NCBI GenBank assembly: GCA_034661055.1 | Contig: JAYEKO010000058.1 | Location: 1 to 40,460 of the forward strand | Length of the DNA: 40,460 bases | Origin: Campylobacterota bacterium | Lineage (GTDB): Bacteria; Campylobacterota; Campylobacteria; Campylobacterales; Sulfurimonadaceae | Reading direction: 5' to 3' | Translations under genes and position numbers: made by a program | Notes under the pieces: generated by a model | Told to the model about the DNA's origin: nothing | Database searches by the model: none | Seen by the model: only the letters and a program-made list of their open reading frames with translations | Shown: positions 18,723 to 28,628 of the stretch, piece after piece | Layout of the letters: each line of letters opens with the position of its first letter | Position numbering within the stretch: the first letter of the stretch is position 1

Positions 18723-19364
18723 TTGATTTTTGGAAAAATTGAGTATTTAAACCTACTGCCTTTTCACGTTTTTATGAAACGGTATGCAAGTCCACTTCGA
18801 TACTCTCAAATTACCAACCACACAAAAGGTGTCCCCTCAAAAATAAATGATGCCTTTGCATCACGTCGTGTTGATGCTGCCTTTATCTCAAGCATTAAAG
18901 CAACGAAATACACCTATGCTCCCTTAGGAATTATTGCTAAAAAAGAGGTACAAAGTGTCTTGCTTATCCCCTCTGTAAAAGCGGAAACCGACACTGCTTC
19001 TGCAACATCAAATGTACTTAGTAAAGTATTACATGTAAAAGGGAAAGTACTCATTGGAGATCGTGCATTACTGCACTATTTAAGTGGAAAGGAGGCTATT
19101 GATCTTGCAGCACTCTGGTATGAGAAATACCAACTCCCCTTTGTTTTCGCACTGCTTTGCCATCATTCTCATAAAAGATATATGGCCAAAATGAGCCGCA
19201 CATTTTTAAAACAGAAAATTAGAATTCCTCAATACCTCTTAAAGCAGGCATCCCTTAAAACAGGGGTTTCTCCAAATCACATTTTAAAATATTTAACCTA
19301 CATCTCTTATGACTTAGATGCCAGCGCTAAAAAAGGGCTTAAAAAGTTTCTGACACTTACTTAA
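18723..19364 (+). CDS. mqnA: Chorismate dehydratase (futalosine menaquinone pathway)
   Basis: GKIEYLNLLP, SATSNVL, LIGDRAL, DLAALW, LPFVFA. Confidence 0.88.
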   Translation: MIFGKIEYLNLLPFHVFMKRYASPLRYSQITNHTKGVPSKINDAFASRRVDAAFISSIKATKYTYAPLGIIAKKEVQSVLLIPSVKAETDTASATSNVLSKVLHVKGKVLIGDRALLHYLSGKEAIDLAALWYEKYQLPFVFALLCHHSHKRYMAKMSRTFLKQKIRIPQYLLKQASLKTGVSPNHILKYLTYISYDLDASAKKGLKKFLTLT

Positions 19365-19382
19365 GGGCACCTCTAATAACCC

Positions 19383-19409
19383 TAAATATAAATGATAAGC
19401 TGCCGATTT
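19383..19409 (+). promoter_or_regulatory. Sigma-28 (FliA) promoter
   Basis: TAAA (19383-19386), 15-nt spacer, GCCGATTT (19402-19409), followed by AAGGAGG RBS. Confidence 0.8.
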
Positions 19410-19438
19410 ATTTATTAGCTTATCTCAAGGAGGAGCTA

Positions 19439-20587
19439 ATGAAAATCAATAGTTATGCAGTGGCGATGAATGCGCAGTATTTCAATCTTAAACAAGAAAA
19501 TTTAGATGTGACTACTAGTACGTCGAGTAATAATTTTCAAAGTGCAGACTCTACTGAGCTTAGTAAAATTGAGCTTCATTCTGAAAATGATTTACATATT
19601 CAAAATGCTTTAGACAAAGAACTTTCTAAAGCTATTCTAAAAAATATTGAAGCTGAGTCTAATCGCTCCATAAGAGATACCGTAGAGATGAGCTACAACT
19701 ATACTGAGAATCAAGCTCTAAACTTCCAGGTTCAAGCTGTTATTCAAACACAATCCAAAGAGATGGAAATTTCACTTGATATTTCACTTTCAAGAAGTTT
19801 TACTCAAAAAATAAACCTTAATGTGGAGAGCCTACGGGTACTTAAAGACCCTTTGGTCCTATCTTTTAATGAAGCCATGCCAAGTGTCAGTGACAAAACA
19901 TTTTCGTTTGATATTGACAGTGATGGAGCGCGGGACCAGATTTCTCAATTAAGTGCTGGCAACGGTTTTTTGGCACTCGATAAAAATAGCAACGGCATCA
20001 TTGACAATGGAGGAGAACTATTTGGTACAAAAAGTGGTGATGGTTTTTCTGACTTACGACTGTATGACGATGACAATAACGGATGGATAGACAAGAATGA
20101 TGTAATTTTTGACAAACTTAGAATTTGGAAAAAGAGCGATACTCAAAATGAGCTTATAGCACTAGGTGAACTTGGTGTTGGAGCTATATTTTTAGGAAAT
20201 AGTACCACGCCTTTTGAGTTAAAATCAGATTCAAACCAACTCTTAGCTGAGATAAAAAGTAGTGGATTTTTTGTCTATGAAAATGGTAGAGCAGGAGTTA
20301 TCTCACAAGTTGATTTAGCCGTCACAAAAGAGACTCAAAATAATCTAGAGCGTGCAGAGTCCTTACAAAATGACATTACTACATCTAAACTCAACAGTGC
20401 TTATGCTAAAGAGATAGATGACACTAAAGATTCTGATGATACTCGTATTGAAAAACTGCAAGAGCAGTTAAAGGTTCTTGAGAACAAGCTTTTACATGCA
20501 AAAGATGCAGAAAAGCCAGCACTACAAGCACAGATAGGAACTTTATTTTCACAAATGATGTCAATTTTAGAAGAAGAGTTTAGATAA
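19439..20587 (+). CDS. Hypothetical protein with DxDxDG Ca-binding loops and C-terminal FlxA-like coiled coil
   Basis: DPLVL, FDIDSDG, LALDKNSNGIIDNGGELFG, YDDDNNGWID; C-terminal heptads IEKLQEQLKVLENKL...LQAQI. Confidence 0.75.
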   Translation: MKINSYAVAMNAQYFNLKQENLDVTTSTSSNNFQSADSTELSKIELHSENDLHIQNALDKELSKAILKNIEAESNRSIRDTVEMSYNYTENQALNFQVQAVIQTQSKEMEISLDISLSRSFTQKINLNVESLRVLKDPLVLSFNEAMPSVSDKTFSFDIDSDGARDQISQLSAGNGFLALDKNSNGIIDNGGELFGTKSGDGFSDLRLYDDDNNGWIDKNDVIFDKLRIWKKSDTQNELIALGELGVGAIFLGNSTTPFELKSDSNQLLAEIKSSGFFVYENGRAGVISQVDLAVTKETQNNLERAESLQNDITTSKLNSAYAKEIDDTKDSDDTRIEKLQEQLKVLENKLLHAKDAEKPALQAQIGTLFSQMMSILEEEFR

Positions 20588-20649
20588 GTAGCGGAACAAA
20601 AATAACTTCTTTTCTCATTGAACTATGAAATTATTTATGTTCCACTACT
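20587..20649 (-). terminator. Long imperfect hairpin between convergent genes
   Basis: 23-nt arms 20587-20609 and 20627-20649 with 3 mismatches, two of which are G-U pairs on the minus (gltX) transcript. Confidence 0.55.
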
Positions 20650-20665
20650 AAAGACTCCTCTTCTC

Positions 20666-22057
20666 TTACTGCTCAATGTTATTTATAGCGTTGTCAATGC
20701 GCTTGGCGGTCTCTTCTTTACCAATTACTGCCATCACAACATCAAGACCAGGACCTGAAAGTTTACCTAGAAGTGCTACACGTAAAGGTTGGCCAATCTT
20801 TCCAAAACCAATCTCTTTTTCAGAAACAAGCTCTTCCATCACCTCATGATAGTCACTTGGAAGGTGCATCTCATCACGTACATATAGTTTCATTTTAAAG
20901 TCTTCTAAAATAGCTTTAGCCTCACCCTTAAATGCTTTTTTAACTGCTTTAGCATCATAGTCAGTTGGAGTTGCAATGATTTCACTAATCATTGCTGCCA
21001 TCTCTTGAATTGTTTTAGCACGCTCTTTTAGAGCATCAAGCAAGATCTCTTTTTTATCATGACTCACTAGAGCAATGCCATAATCTTCAAGTAGTGTTGC
21101 TAGTGTGCTATTGCTATGATTTTTAATATAGTGTGCATTAAGCCAATCAAGCTTCTCAGTATTGTAGATTGATGCAGATTTATTAATGTCAGATGGATCA
21201 AACAACGCTTTCATCTCATCGGCACTAAAAATCTCCTGATCTCCATGACTCCAACCAAGACGTACTAAAAAGTTCATTAATGCTTCAGGCAGGTAACCCA
21301 TCTCTTTATAGGCCATCACATCCGTTGCACCATCACGTTTGGAGAGTTTTTTACCGTCATGATTATGAATCATTGGTACATGGTAGAACTTTGGTAAAGC
21401 AAATCCAAGTGCTTCGTAAACTACCATCTGTTTTGGAGTATTTGAGAGGTGGTCATCGCCACGAATAACTTCATTGACACCCATTAAAGCATCATCAATG
21501 GCAACAACAAAGTTATACGTTGGCGTTGCATCACTTCGAGCAATAATAAAGTCATCTAAAATATCTTCTGCTTGAAAAATCACTTCACCCTTAATACCAT
21601 CATCAATAGCAATTGGACCACTTAGAGGTGCTTTAATTCGGACAACCGGCTCAACTCCAACAGGAGCTTCACCTGTAAAATCACGATAACGTCCATCGTA
21701 ACGCGTGCGTTCTCCATTTGCCATCTGTGTTTCACGAAGTTCTGTAAGCTCATCTCTGCTCATGTAGCAGTAATATGCTTTGCCATTATCAAGAAGCTGT
21801 TGCACATAGGCTGCGTAAGTCGCTTTACGCTTTGATTGGTACTCAATCTCATCGTCGTGTTCTAAACCTACCCACTCAAATGCCTTAATAATTGCCTTAG
21901 TAGCCTCTTCATTGTTACGGCTCTCATCAGTATCTTCAATTCTAAGAAGAAACTTTCCGCCATTTTTTCGTGCCCATAAATAACTAAATAGTGCCGTACG
22001 AAGCCCTCCAATATGGAGATAACCTGTCGGACTTGGTGCAAAACGTGTTACAGTCAT
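20666..22057 (-). CDS. gltX: Glutamate--tRNA ligase
   Basis: RFAPSPTGYLHIGG, RIEDTD, IRGDDH, KLSKR. Confidence 0.97.
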   Translation of the reverse strand: MTVTRFAPSPTGYLHIGGLRTALFSYLWARKNGGKFLLRIEDTDESRNNEEATKAIIKAFEWVGLEHDDEIEYQSKRKATYAAYVQQLLDNGKAYYCYMSRDELTELRETQMANGERTRYDGRYRDFTGEAPVGVEPVVRIKAPLSGPIAIDDGIKGEVIFQAEDILDDFIIARSDATPTYNFVVAIDDALMGVNEVIRGDDHLSNTPKQMVVYEALGFALPKFYHVPMIHNHDGKKLSKRDGATDVMAYKEMGYLPEALMNFLVRLGWSHGDQEIFSADEMKALFDPSDINKSASIYNTEKLDWLNAHYIKNHSNSTLATLLEDYGIALVSHDKKEILLDALKERAKTIQEMAAMISEIIATPTDYDAKAVKKAFKGEAKAILEDFKMKLYVRDEMHLPSDYHEVMEELVSEKEIGFGKIGQPLRVALLGKLSGPGLDVVMAVIGKEETAKRIDNAINNIEQ

Positions 22058-22132
22058 CGCTTACCTTTTATTTTACATGTAAATTGCGGAATTTTACCCA
22101 AAGGTACATTGTAAAAGATTGAAAAAATAACT

Positions 22133-24565
22133 TTAGTATATGCTAGCTCTATTTCGTCCACTATTTTTTGCTGCATAAAGCGCTTCATCAGAGTTTTTAA
22201 GCAACTCTTCAAAACTCTCTTCATCATTTAAATGAGCAATTCCAATACTGACGGTACATGATATTTTCTCACCATTTTCTAAAGTGTAGCTAGCTTTTTC
22301 AACCACTTCAAGCAATTTTTGTGCAAATATCATGGCACCATCATTAGGTGTGTTTTGTAAACAAATCACAAACTCCTCGCCACCGATGCGTCCAAAAATA
22401 TCACTTTTTCTCAAGTATTTCTCTATGCTACTCGTAAAAAGCTTTAACACCTCATCGCCTACGCTGTGCCCATACGTGTCATTAATATGTTTAAAATAGT
22501 CAATATCCAATGATAGTACCTGAAGTGGTGTACCGTTACGCTTAGCAAGATCAAAATAGCTTTTGGCTAGATGTATAAAATATCCACGATTATAGATTCC
22601 CGTTAGAGCGTCAGTATGTGCCAGTTTTTTAAGCTCTTTAGTACGTTCTTTGACTTCACTTTCAAGCTTACTGTTAAATCCTTTAAGATAGCTATTAATA
22701 CGGATCTCATAAATAATAATCAATATTACAGCAATACTCACTGCTCCAACAAGATAAAATAAAAAAATATATTTTTCAAGTACATCTACAAAATTAAATC
22801 CATGACTCTCATAAGGTGCAATTTTTAACTTTTTAAGCAAAGCGTGCACACTAATATAATTTAGCGGTGCTGTCCAGCCAAATATCTTGGCATCCACTGC
22901 AGCTTTTGACGATGCAGGCATCTGCATCAAGGCCGATAAAACCTCTTTACTTAACTTATCTGAAGTGTTCTTTAACTTTGAAAATGGCCACTCCGGGTAG
23001 AGCTTTGTACTAACCATATAGCAAAACCCCTCATAACTCTGAGCATTTAATACTCTTATTTTCTCCAAATTTATTAGTCCATCTGCTGCCATACGCTCGA
23101 GTGTATCTGTTCTTACTGTTGCCGCTTCTACATCTCCTTCTAGTAAAGCATAAACAACGGCATCGTGGCTATTTAAAAATTTTAGATTTAAATCTTTTTT
23201 ACTAACACCGTGCTCCTCTAAAAGCTCATGGGCCATAATCCAACCGCCAAAAGAGTCTTTGTTTACAGCCCCAAAAGTAGTACCTTTTAGCTCCTTTAGA
23301 GTATTGAATTTATGATTATCTTTTAACGTAAAGATGACACCGCCAAACCTTTTTGTGGCATCATTACCGTCTCTGTTAAGATTCTCTACGGTAGCAATAC
23401 GCGAGACTCCATACTTGTTTTCAAACTGAACATACTGCATCGTATTTGTCAGTACAAAATCTACCTCACCCATTTGCACACTTTTTACTAGTGCAGAAAA
23501 ATCAAGTGGAACTATTTTAAAATGGTACGCTTCAAGAGCATTGTTAAGATAATTTTCAAATGATGACCAGCGCTGTATAGCCTGTTCTTTACCCCGTTTT
23601 GCAAGAACTCCTATTTTAATATGTTTTTTATTTAAGCCTATTGGGTCTATAAAACCCTCAGTAGAATATTCGCCCTTTAATAGGCCGCTAAGTCTGTAAG
23701 CATCAGCAATCTCTTCAAAGCGTTCATTGCTTAAATATCCAAATGGGACATCGTTACTAAAAGCGAGTTGCTTTAAGACATTACCTTCATAAATAAGGCT
23801 TCTTAGTGACTTATTTTGAGAGTTATATTTTTGCTTAATAAGTTCTGCGGTAAGTTCAATATTGTCAAAGGCCCATCTCCAGCCTTTCATAGATGCATCA
23901 TAAAAGCGTTTCACAGCCTCTGGATTTTTCTTAATCTGACTTTGTGATGTAAACAGTATGTCCCCATAAAAATCATACCCATAATCTTTAGGATTCAATA
24001 TCTGATAAGAGATATTCAGTTCATCTAGTAAAAAAGGTTCATTTGAAAGGTAACATGCCATAGCATCAGTTTTTTTACTAATGAGATCTTCTAGGTTAAA
24101 GGTATGCTCTTGTAGCTTTAAATCTTTCATGCTAACACCGTGAGACAGAAGCATCGCTATCATAGAAGCAGACTCAGCTTCTTCGCCATTGATCATTACT
24201 GTTTTATTCACAAGATCTTCAGGTGTTTTTACATCAGGATTGGTACTAATAAGAATAGATGGAGATGTTTGAAAAATTGCCCCTAAAGCGACAACATCCT
24301 TACCACTACTTTTACTAATAAGTAGAGATGAGCGTCCAACACCATACTCTGCTCGACCCGAGAGAACTTCATTAGTGACACTCATAGAGTACTCTAACTC
24401 TCTAATCTCCACATCTAGTCCAGCTTGCTCATAAAAACCCTGCTCTTTAGCCACATAAAACCCAGCAAACTGGAACTGGTGTTTCCACTGAAGTTGCAAA
24501 ACAACATCTTCTTGTTGCGCAAATAGTGTTATTACAAATATTAAAAATGCTAATAATAGTTTCAT
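22133..24565 (-). CDS. Diguanylate cyclase with two periplasmic-binding-protein domains (NMT1/THI5-like and PhnD-like)
   Basis: Signal peptide, LQLQWKHQFQFAGFY, second PBP domain (IGVLAKRG...SFGGW...RTDTLE), TM segment, TDALTGIYNR, GGEEF, RKSD I-site. Confidence 0.92.
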   Translation of the reverse strand: MKLLLAFLIFVITLFAQQEDVVLQLQWKHQFQFAGFYVAKEQGFYEQAGLDVEIRELEYSMSVTNEVLSGRAEYGVGRSSLLISKSSGKDVVALGAIFQTSPSILISTNPDVKTPEDLVNKTVMINGEEAESASMIAMLLSHGVSMKDLKLQEHTFNLEDLISKKTDAMACYLSNEPFLLDELNISYQILNPKDYGYDFYGDILFTSQSQIKKNPEAVKRFYDASMKGWRWAFDNIELTAELIKQKYNSQNKSLRSLIYEGNVLKQLAFSNDVPFGYLSNERFEEIADAYRLSGLLKGEYSTEGFIDPIGLNKKHIKIGVLAKRGKEQAIQRWSSFENYLNNALEAYHFKIVPLDFSALVKSVQMGEVDFVLTNTMQYVQFENKYGVSRIATVENLNRDGNDATKRFGGVIFTLKDNHKFNTLKELKGTTFGAVNKDSFGGWIMAHELLEEHGVSKKDLNLKFLNSHDAVVYALLEGDVEAATVRTDTLERMAADGLINLEKIRVLNAQSYEGFCYMVSTKLYPEWPFSKLKNTSDKLSKEVLSALMQMPASSKAAVDAKIFGWTAPLNYISVHALLKKLKIAPYESHGFNFVDVLEKYIFLFYLVGAVSIAVILIIIYEIRINSYLKGFNSKLESEVKERTKELKKLAHTDALTGIYNRGYFIHLAKSYFDLAKRNGTPLQVLSLDIDYFKHINDTYGHSVGDEVLKLFTSSIEKYLRKSDIFGRIGGEEFVICLQNTPNDGAMIFAQKLLEVVEKASYTLENGEKISCTVSIGIAHLNDEESFEELLKNSDEALYAAKNSGRNRASIY

Positions 24566-24665
24566 AATACCCTCTCTTCTTATTTTATACCTATTATCTA
24601 TAAAAATTACTGAAAGTTTTTTTTACATGTAAATTTGTTAGAATACCGACAAAAAAAGAGTAATC

Positions 24666-25502
24666 ATGCTTAAATATTTTTCACCACTACTACTTTCAAC
24701 CCTGCTCTACTCCAATACAGTTGGGGGTATCGCTGTTTTAGTTCAGGATGAACCTATTACACTTTTCGAGATTAAAGAGTTTATGTCGAGCCAAAATATG
24801 GCTCAAGAAGCTGCTATTAAAACCCTCATTCGCCAAAAACTTGAGAAAATTGAGATAAAAGATCGTAAAATCAATGTCTCATCCCAAGAGATTGATGCCG
24901 AGGTAGAGGTTATGGCCAAACAGAACAATATGGACAAAAATCAGTTTTACATGGCAATGAGTCAATCTCGAGGTATTAGTGAAAGTGAGTTAAAAGCAAA
25001 AGTCAAAGAGACTCTTCTTAAGAAAAAGCTTTACAATGCTATCGCATTTTCAAAACTCTCTCAGCCAACTGATGAGGAGATTGTTGAATACTATAATCTT
25101 CATGAGGAGAAATTTGCAAGACCTGAGAGCTTTGATGTTATTATCTATCAGGCGGCAACTCCCCAGCAACTCCAACAAAAAATTGCCAACCCAATGTTCT
25201 ACTCTCCAGACATCCAGAGCGAAGAGGCTACGGTAGAATACAGCGCTGTTGACCCAAATTTAGCCAATATGCTACATCAGAGTAAAAACAATGCCTTTAC
25301 ACAGATAATTAAAAATCCTCAAGGCGGTTACATGAGTTTTTTTATTAAAGACAAGTCAGCAACCTCTACAAGCAACTTTGACGCATATGCAAGTGAGGTA
25401 ACTGCAGCTATAATGCAAGATAAGCGTAACCAAATTTTAAATGACTACATCTCCCGCCTTAAAGTCAATGTAGATATTCAGAGATTACGTCTTTTGGAGT
25501 AA
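24666..25502 (+). CDS. SurA-like periplasmic chaperone / peptidyl-prolyl isomerase
   Basis: Signal peptide, IAVLVQDEPITLFEI SurA N-terminal pattern, EIVEYYNLHEEKF. Confidence 0.75.
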   Translation: MLKYFSPLLLSTLLYSNTVGGIAVLVQDEPITLFEIKEFMSSQNMAQEAAIKTLIRQKLEKIEIKDRKINVSSQEIDAEVEVMAKQNNMDKNQFYMAMSQSRGISESELKAKVKETLLKKKLYNAIAFSKLSQPTDEEIVEYYNLHEEKFARPESFDVIIYQAATPQQLQQKIANPMFYSPDIQSEEATVEYSAVDPNLANMLHQSKNNAFTQIIKNPQGGYMSFFIKDKSATSTSNFDAYASEVTAAIMQDKRNQILNDYISRLKVNVDIQRLRLLE

Positions 25503-25510
25503 GATTCAAA

Positions 25511-25530
25511 TAGAGGAGAAGGCTCCTCTA
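25511..25530. terminator. Hairpin between convergent genes
   Basis: TAGAGGAG-aagg-CTCCTCTA. Confidence 0.5.
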
Positions 25531-27648
25531 TCGATTACGTATTAATGTATCTAAGAGATTAAAAAGTTTATCACTAGCAATCTCACCATTTTTAAAACAC
25601 TCTAAAATCTCATCTGTTTTATTGGCCATTCCATCATCGTTATTAATTAACTCTTTTGCACGACGCATCTGCTGATGAACCTCTTTATGTGGCAGAGTAA
25701 TGTCGCTAAAACCTGCTAATGCAGCAAAGTGAGTTTTACCTTCACCTTGATGCCATTTACCCAAACTACATGCATTATGATCACCCAACTCTGCTGAAAC
25801 CTTTCCTTCAAAAGCTCCATGGTAGGCTTGATTCTTAAATATCATATGATCAAGCTTCACCATATCTATAAAAAGTTTATCTGAAATTTCAACATTATCT
25901 GACTTGATTTTATGGGCATTATCAATGAGTGTTGAAAGAATCTCTTTAAACTCATCAAGCTTACCTGATGAGTGCGATGCAAACTCTTCAACACGTTCAC
26001 TATTTTCCATCATTGCCATAGTGTTCTGCTTTAAGACACTAATGTTAGCTTCAACTTCACTCGTTGCCTTTTGTGTGCGCTCTGCAAGCTTACGCACCTC
26101 ATCTGCAACTACGGCAAAACCGCGTCCATGTTCACCCGCTCGCGCCGCTTCAATAGCAGCATTAAGGGCTAAGAGATTAGTCTGGTCTGAAATATCTTTA
26201 ATGAGTGAAATGACATTATAAATCTCTTCGACATTACTGTTGAGCTGCTGCGAACTATTACGTGAATCGTCTGTCATTTCAACAATTTGAGAGATACTAC
26301 CCATTATTTCATCTGTTTGAGAGCCAACTTTATCAATTACTTTACTCGTCTGATCATTGAGCTCATTAACCTCTTTGACACTATCAATACTTGATTCCAT
26401 ACTATCGTGGAGATTGTTTGCATTGGATATGGAAGCGGTAATCATACTGTCAGATAGCACTAAATTAGTCGCATTTTTCTGCATAGCTTTTTCAATATCT
26501 CTTTTTGCCATCTCTGCTTCTTCTGCTTTTGCTTCTGCATCATTGGCTATAACTTCAACTTTATCAATAAAAACATTAAAACTCTGTGCGGCTTTTCCAA
26601 TTTCATCACGACTGTTAATATTAAGTCGTTTGCTTAAATCAGCATCTCCTTGACCTAAATCTTCTGCAACATCCTCTAGCTCTTTTATGGGATTGGTTAC
26701 CACTTTTTTAATCATTAAAATAATAAATATAAACAGCAAAGTATCTACAACTGCCATAATAATAACTTGAGTAACAACAACACTCTTAGACTCATCTATA
26801 GAGTGCAATACATCCGCACTTTTTTTTGCAATAAGCCCATATCCAATGACCCTATTATCAAAACTCTTCAGCTCTATAGCTTTTGCATAATAGCTATCAT
26901 CTAAAGTATATTTTGAGCGTATCGCTTCTGCTAAAGAGAAGGCACTAGACTTTACATAAGCCTGAAATGTTTTATCGATATGTTTTTTACTAGATAAAAC
27001 ATGCCCATTCTTTTTCATACTGTCTTGCTTCACCATTGAACTAAAGTCGGAACTTAAAAAATAGAGAAAGAACATCTCTTGCTTTTTTAAGGCACCGCCA
27101 AAGTTGTTGACACCGCCACTAAAATCAAGCAGACCTAAGAACTGACTATCTTTATATATTGGGGCAACACCTCTTAGTCTTAAGCCTTTAGCATCTTCTT
27201 CAAATGTAACTAGTGGTTTTTTAGTTCTTAAAACTTCTTTGTATGAAGCAAAATTTTTCCAGCTTTCGCCAAAACTACTTGGTTTCCATGATTTAAAAAA
27301 TGAGTTTAATGAAGAGTCTAAAAGATGGATATTTACCTTTTTAAAGGGTGTATTGTCTCTATAAATTTGACCAATTCCAGAAAATACATCTGTTAAAACC
27401 TCTCTGTCTCCATCTGCTAAGCCATTTTGTATGTCTTGGTTCATTGAGAGCTGAATAGCATTTGTCAGCCAAACATTGTTTTTTGACTGTATCTGATCAT
27501 TTAAAATAACTTGAAATTTCTCAGACTCTTTTTTTAGTGCCGTCTTCTCCATCTCATTGAGAGAAAGAAAACTTTGCACCAATATCACTACAAACCCTAT
27601 AATCATAGCTACTAATATAGGTATATGTATTTTTGTACTTATTGACAT
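25528..27648 (-). CDS. Methyl-accepting chemotaxis protein (Cache sensor, HAMP, MA domain, C-terminal CZB domain)
   Basis: Two TM segments; [38 protein letters not shown] residues DH...[10 protein letters not shown]...PHKEVH. Confidence 0.95.
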   Translation of the reverse strand: MSISTKIHIPILVAMIIGFVVILVQSFLSLNEMEKTALKKESEKFQVILNDQIQSKNNVWLTNAIQLSMNQDIQNGLADGDREVLTDVFSGIGQIYRDNTPFKKVNIHLLDSSLNSFFKSWKPSSFGESWKNFASYKEVLRTKKPLVTFEEDAKGLRLRGVAPIYKDSQFLGLLDFSGGVNNFGGALKKQEMFFLYFLSSDFSSMVKQDSMKKNGHVLSSKKHIDKTFQAYVKSSAFSLAEAIRSKYTLDDSYYAKAIELKSFDNRVIGYGLIAKKSADVLHSIDESKSVVVTQVIIMAVVDTLLFIFIILMIKKVVTNPIKELEDVAEDLGQGDADLSKRLNINSRDEIGKAAQSFNVFIDKVEVIANDAEAKAEEAEMAKRDIEKAMQKNATNLVLSDSMITASISNANNLHDSMESSIDSVKEVNELNDQTSKVIDKVGSQTDEIMGSISQIVEMTDDSRNSSQQLNSNVEEIYNVISLIKDISDQTNLLALNAAIEAARAGEHGRGFAVVADEVRKLAERTQKATSEVEANISVLKQNTMAMMENSERVEEFASHSSGKLDEFKEILSTLIDNAHKIKSDNVEISDKLFIDMVKLDHMIFKNQAYHGAFEGKVSAELGDHNACSLGKWHQGEGKTHFAALAGFSDITLPHKEVHQQMRRAKELINNDDGMANKTDEILECFKNGEIASDKLFNLLDTLIRNR

Positions 27649-27713
27649 AACAAACCTCCATTAAAAAATTGTTATATATTGTAGCTAAATACTACAAAAA
27701 GTAAAAAGTTTAA

Positions 27714-27722
27714 TGCTATAAT
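27714..27722 (+). promoter_or_regulatory. Extended -10 sigma-70 promoter of dcd
   Basis: TGcTATAAT about 20 nt upstream of the ATG. Confidence 0.6.
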
Positions 27723-27742
27723 TAGACTAAAAAAGGGTAACA

Positions 27743-28303
27743 ATGGGCTTAAAAGCTGATAGCTGGATTAGAGAGACATCACTAAAAGATGGGATGATTA
27801 CTCCATTTTGTGAAGATCAGATAGGACAGGGTGTCGTTAGTTACGGACTAAGTTCTTACGGCTATGACATTCGTGTCAGCGATGAGTTTAAAATTTTTAC
27901 AAATCTTAACTCTACTGTAGTTGATCCAAAATGTTTTGATGATGCTAATGTAGTAGATTTTAAAGGTGATATCTGTATTGTTCCTCCCAACTCATTTGCA
28001 CTAGCACGCACCGTTGAATATTTTAAAATTCCTCGTGATGTTTTGGCAATATGTCTTGGAAAATCGACGTATGCACGCTGTGGAATTATTGTTAATGTCA
28101 CACCATTTGAGCCAGAGTTTGAAGGTCATATTACTATTGAGATCTCTAACACGACACCACTTCCTGCAAAGATTTATGCCAATGAAGGAATTGCTCAAGT
28201 ACTCTTTTTACAAGGGGATGAGGCATGTGAAACCAGTTATAAAGACAAACGTGGAAAATATCAAGGACAAGAGGGAATTACACTGCCTCGAATCTTACAG
28301 TAG
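27743..28303 (+). CDS. dcd: dCTP deaminase
   Basis: [38 protein letters not shown]. Confidence 0.97.
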   Translation: MGLKADSWIRETSLKDGMITPFCEDQIGQGVVSYGLSSYGYDIRVSDEFKIFTNLNSTVVDPKCFDDANVVDFKGDICIVPPNSFALARTVEYFKIPRDVLAICLGKSTYARCGIIVNVTPFEPEFEGHITIEISNTTPLPAKIYANEGIAQVLFLQGDEACETSYKDKRGKYQGQEGITLPRILQ

Positions 28304-28363
28304 TTAATCAAAACTACATGTAAATCATGTTATCATTTTGACAAATAACTAAAGGACGGCTTT

Positions 28364-28600
28364 ATGCTACACGAATACAGAGACATTATTACTGACATGA
28401 AAAAAAATGAAGATGGTAATGCACACTTTTTACGAATTTTTGATAAGCACAATGATCTTGATGACAAAATAACAAGTGCAGAACATGGTGATACTCCCAT
28501 GACGGACTTAGAGATTGAGACACTCAAAAAAGAGAAGCTTAAACTTAAAGATGAAGCGTACTCAATGATTATGAAGTACAAACATACCCATAATCTATAG
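28364..28600 (+). CDS. DUF465 / YdcH family small protein
   Basis: MLHEYRD...AHF...KHNDLD...LKKEKLKLKD. Confidence 0.85.
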   Translation: MLHEYRDIITDMKKNEDGNAHFLRIFDKHNDLDDKITSAEHGDTPMTDLEIETLKKEKLKLKDEAYSMIMKYKHTHNL

Positions 28601-28628
28601 TTACATACAACATAGGGTTTAGGATTTT

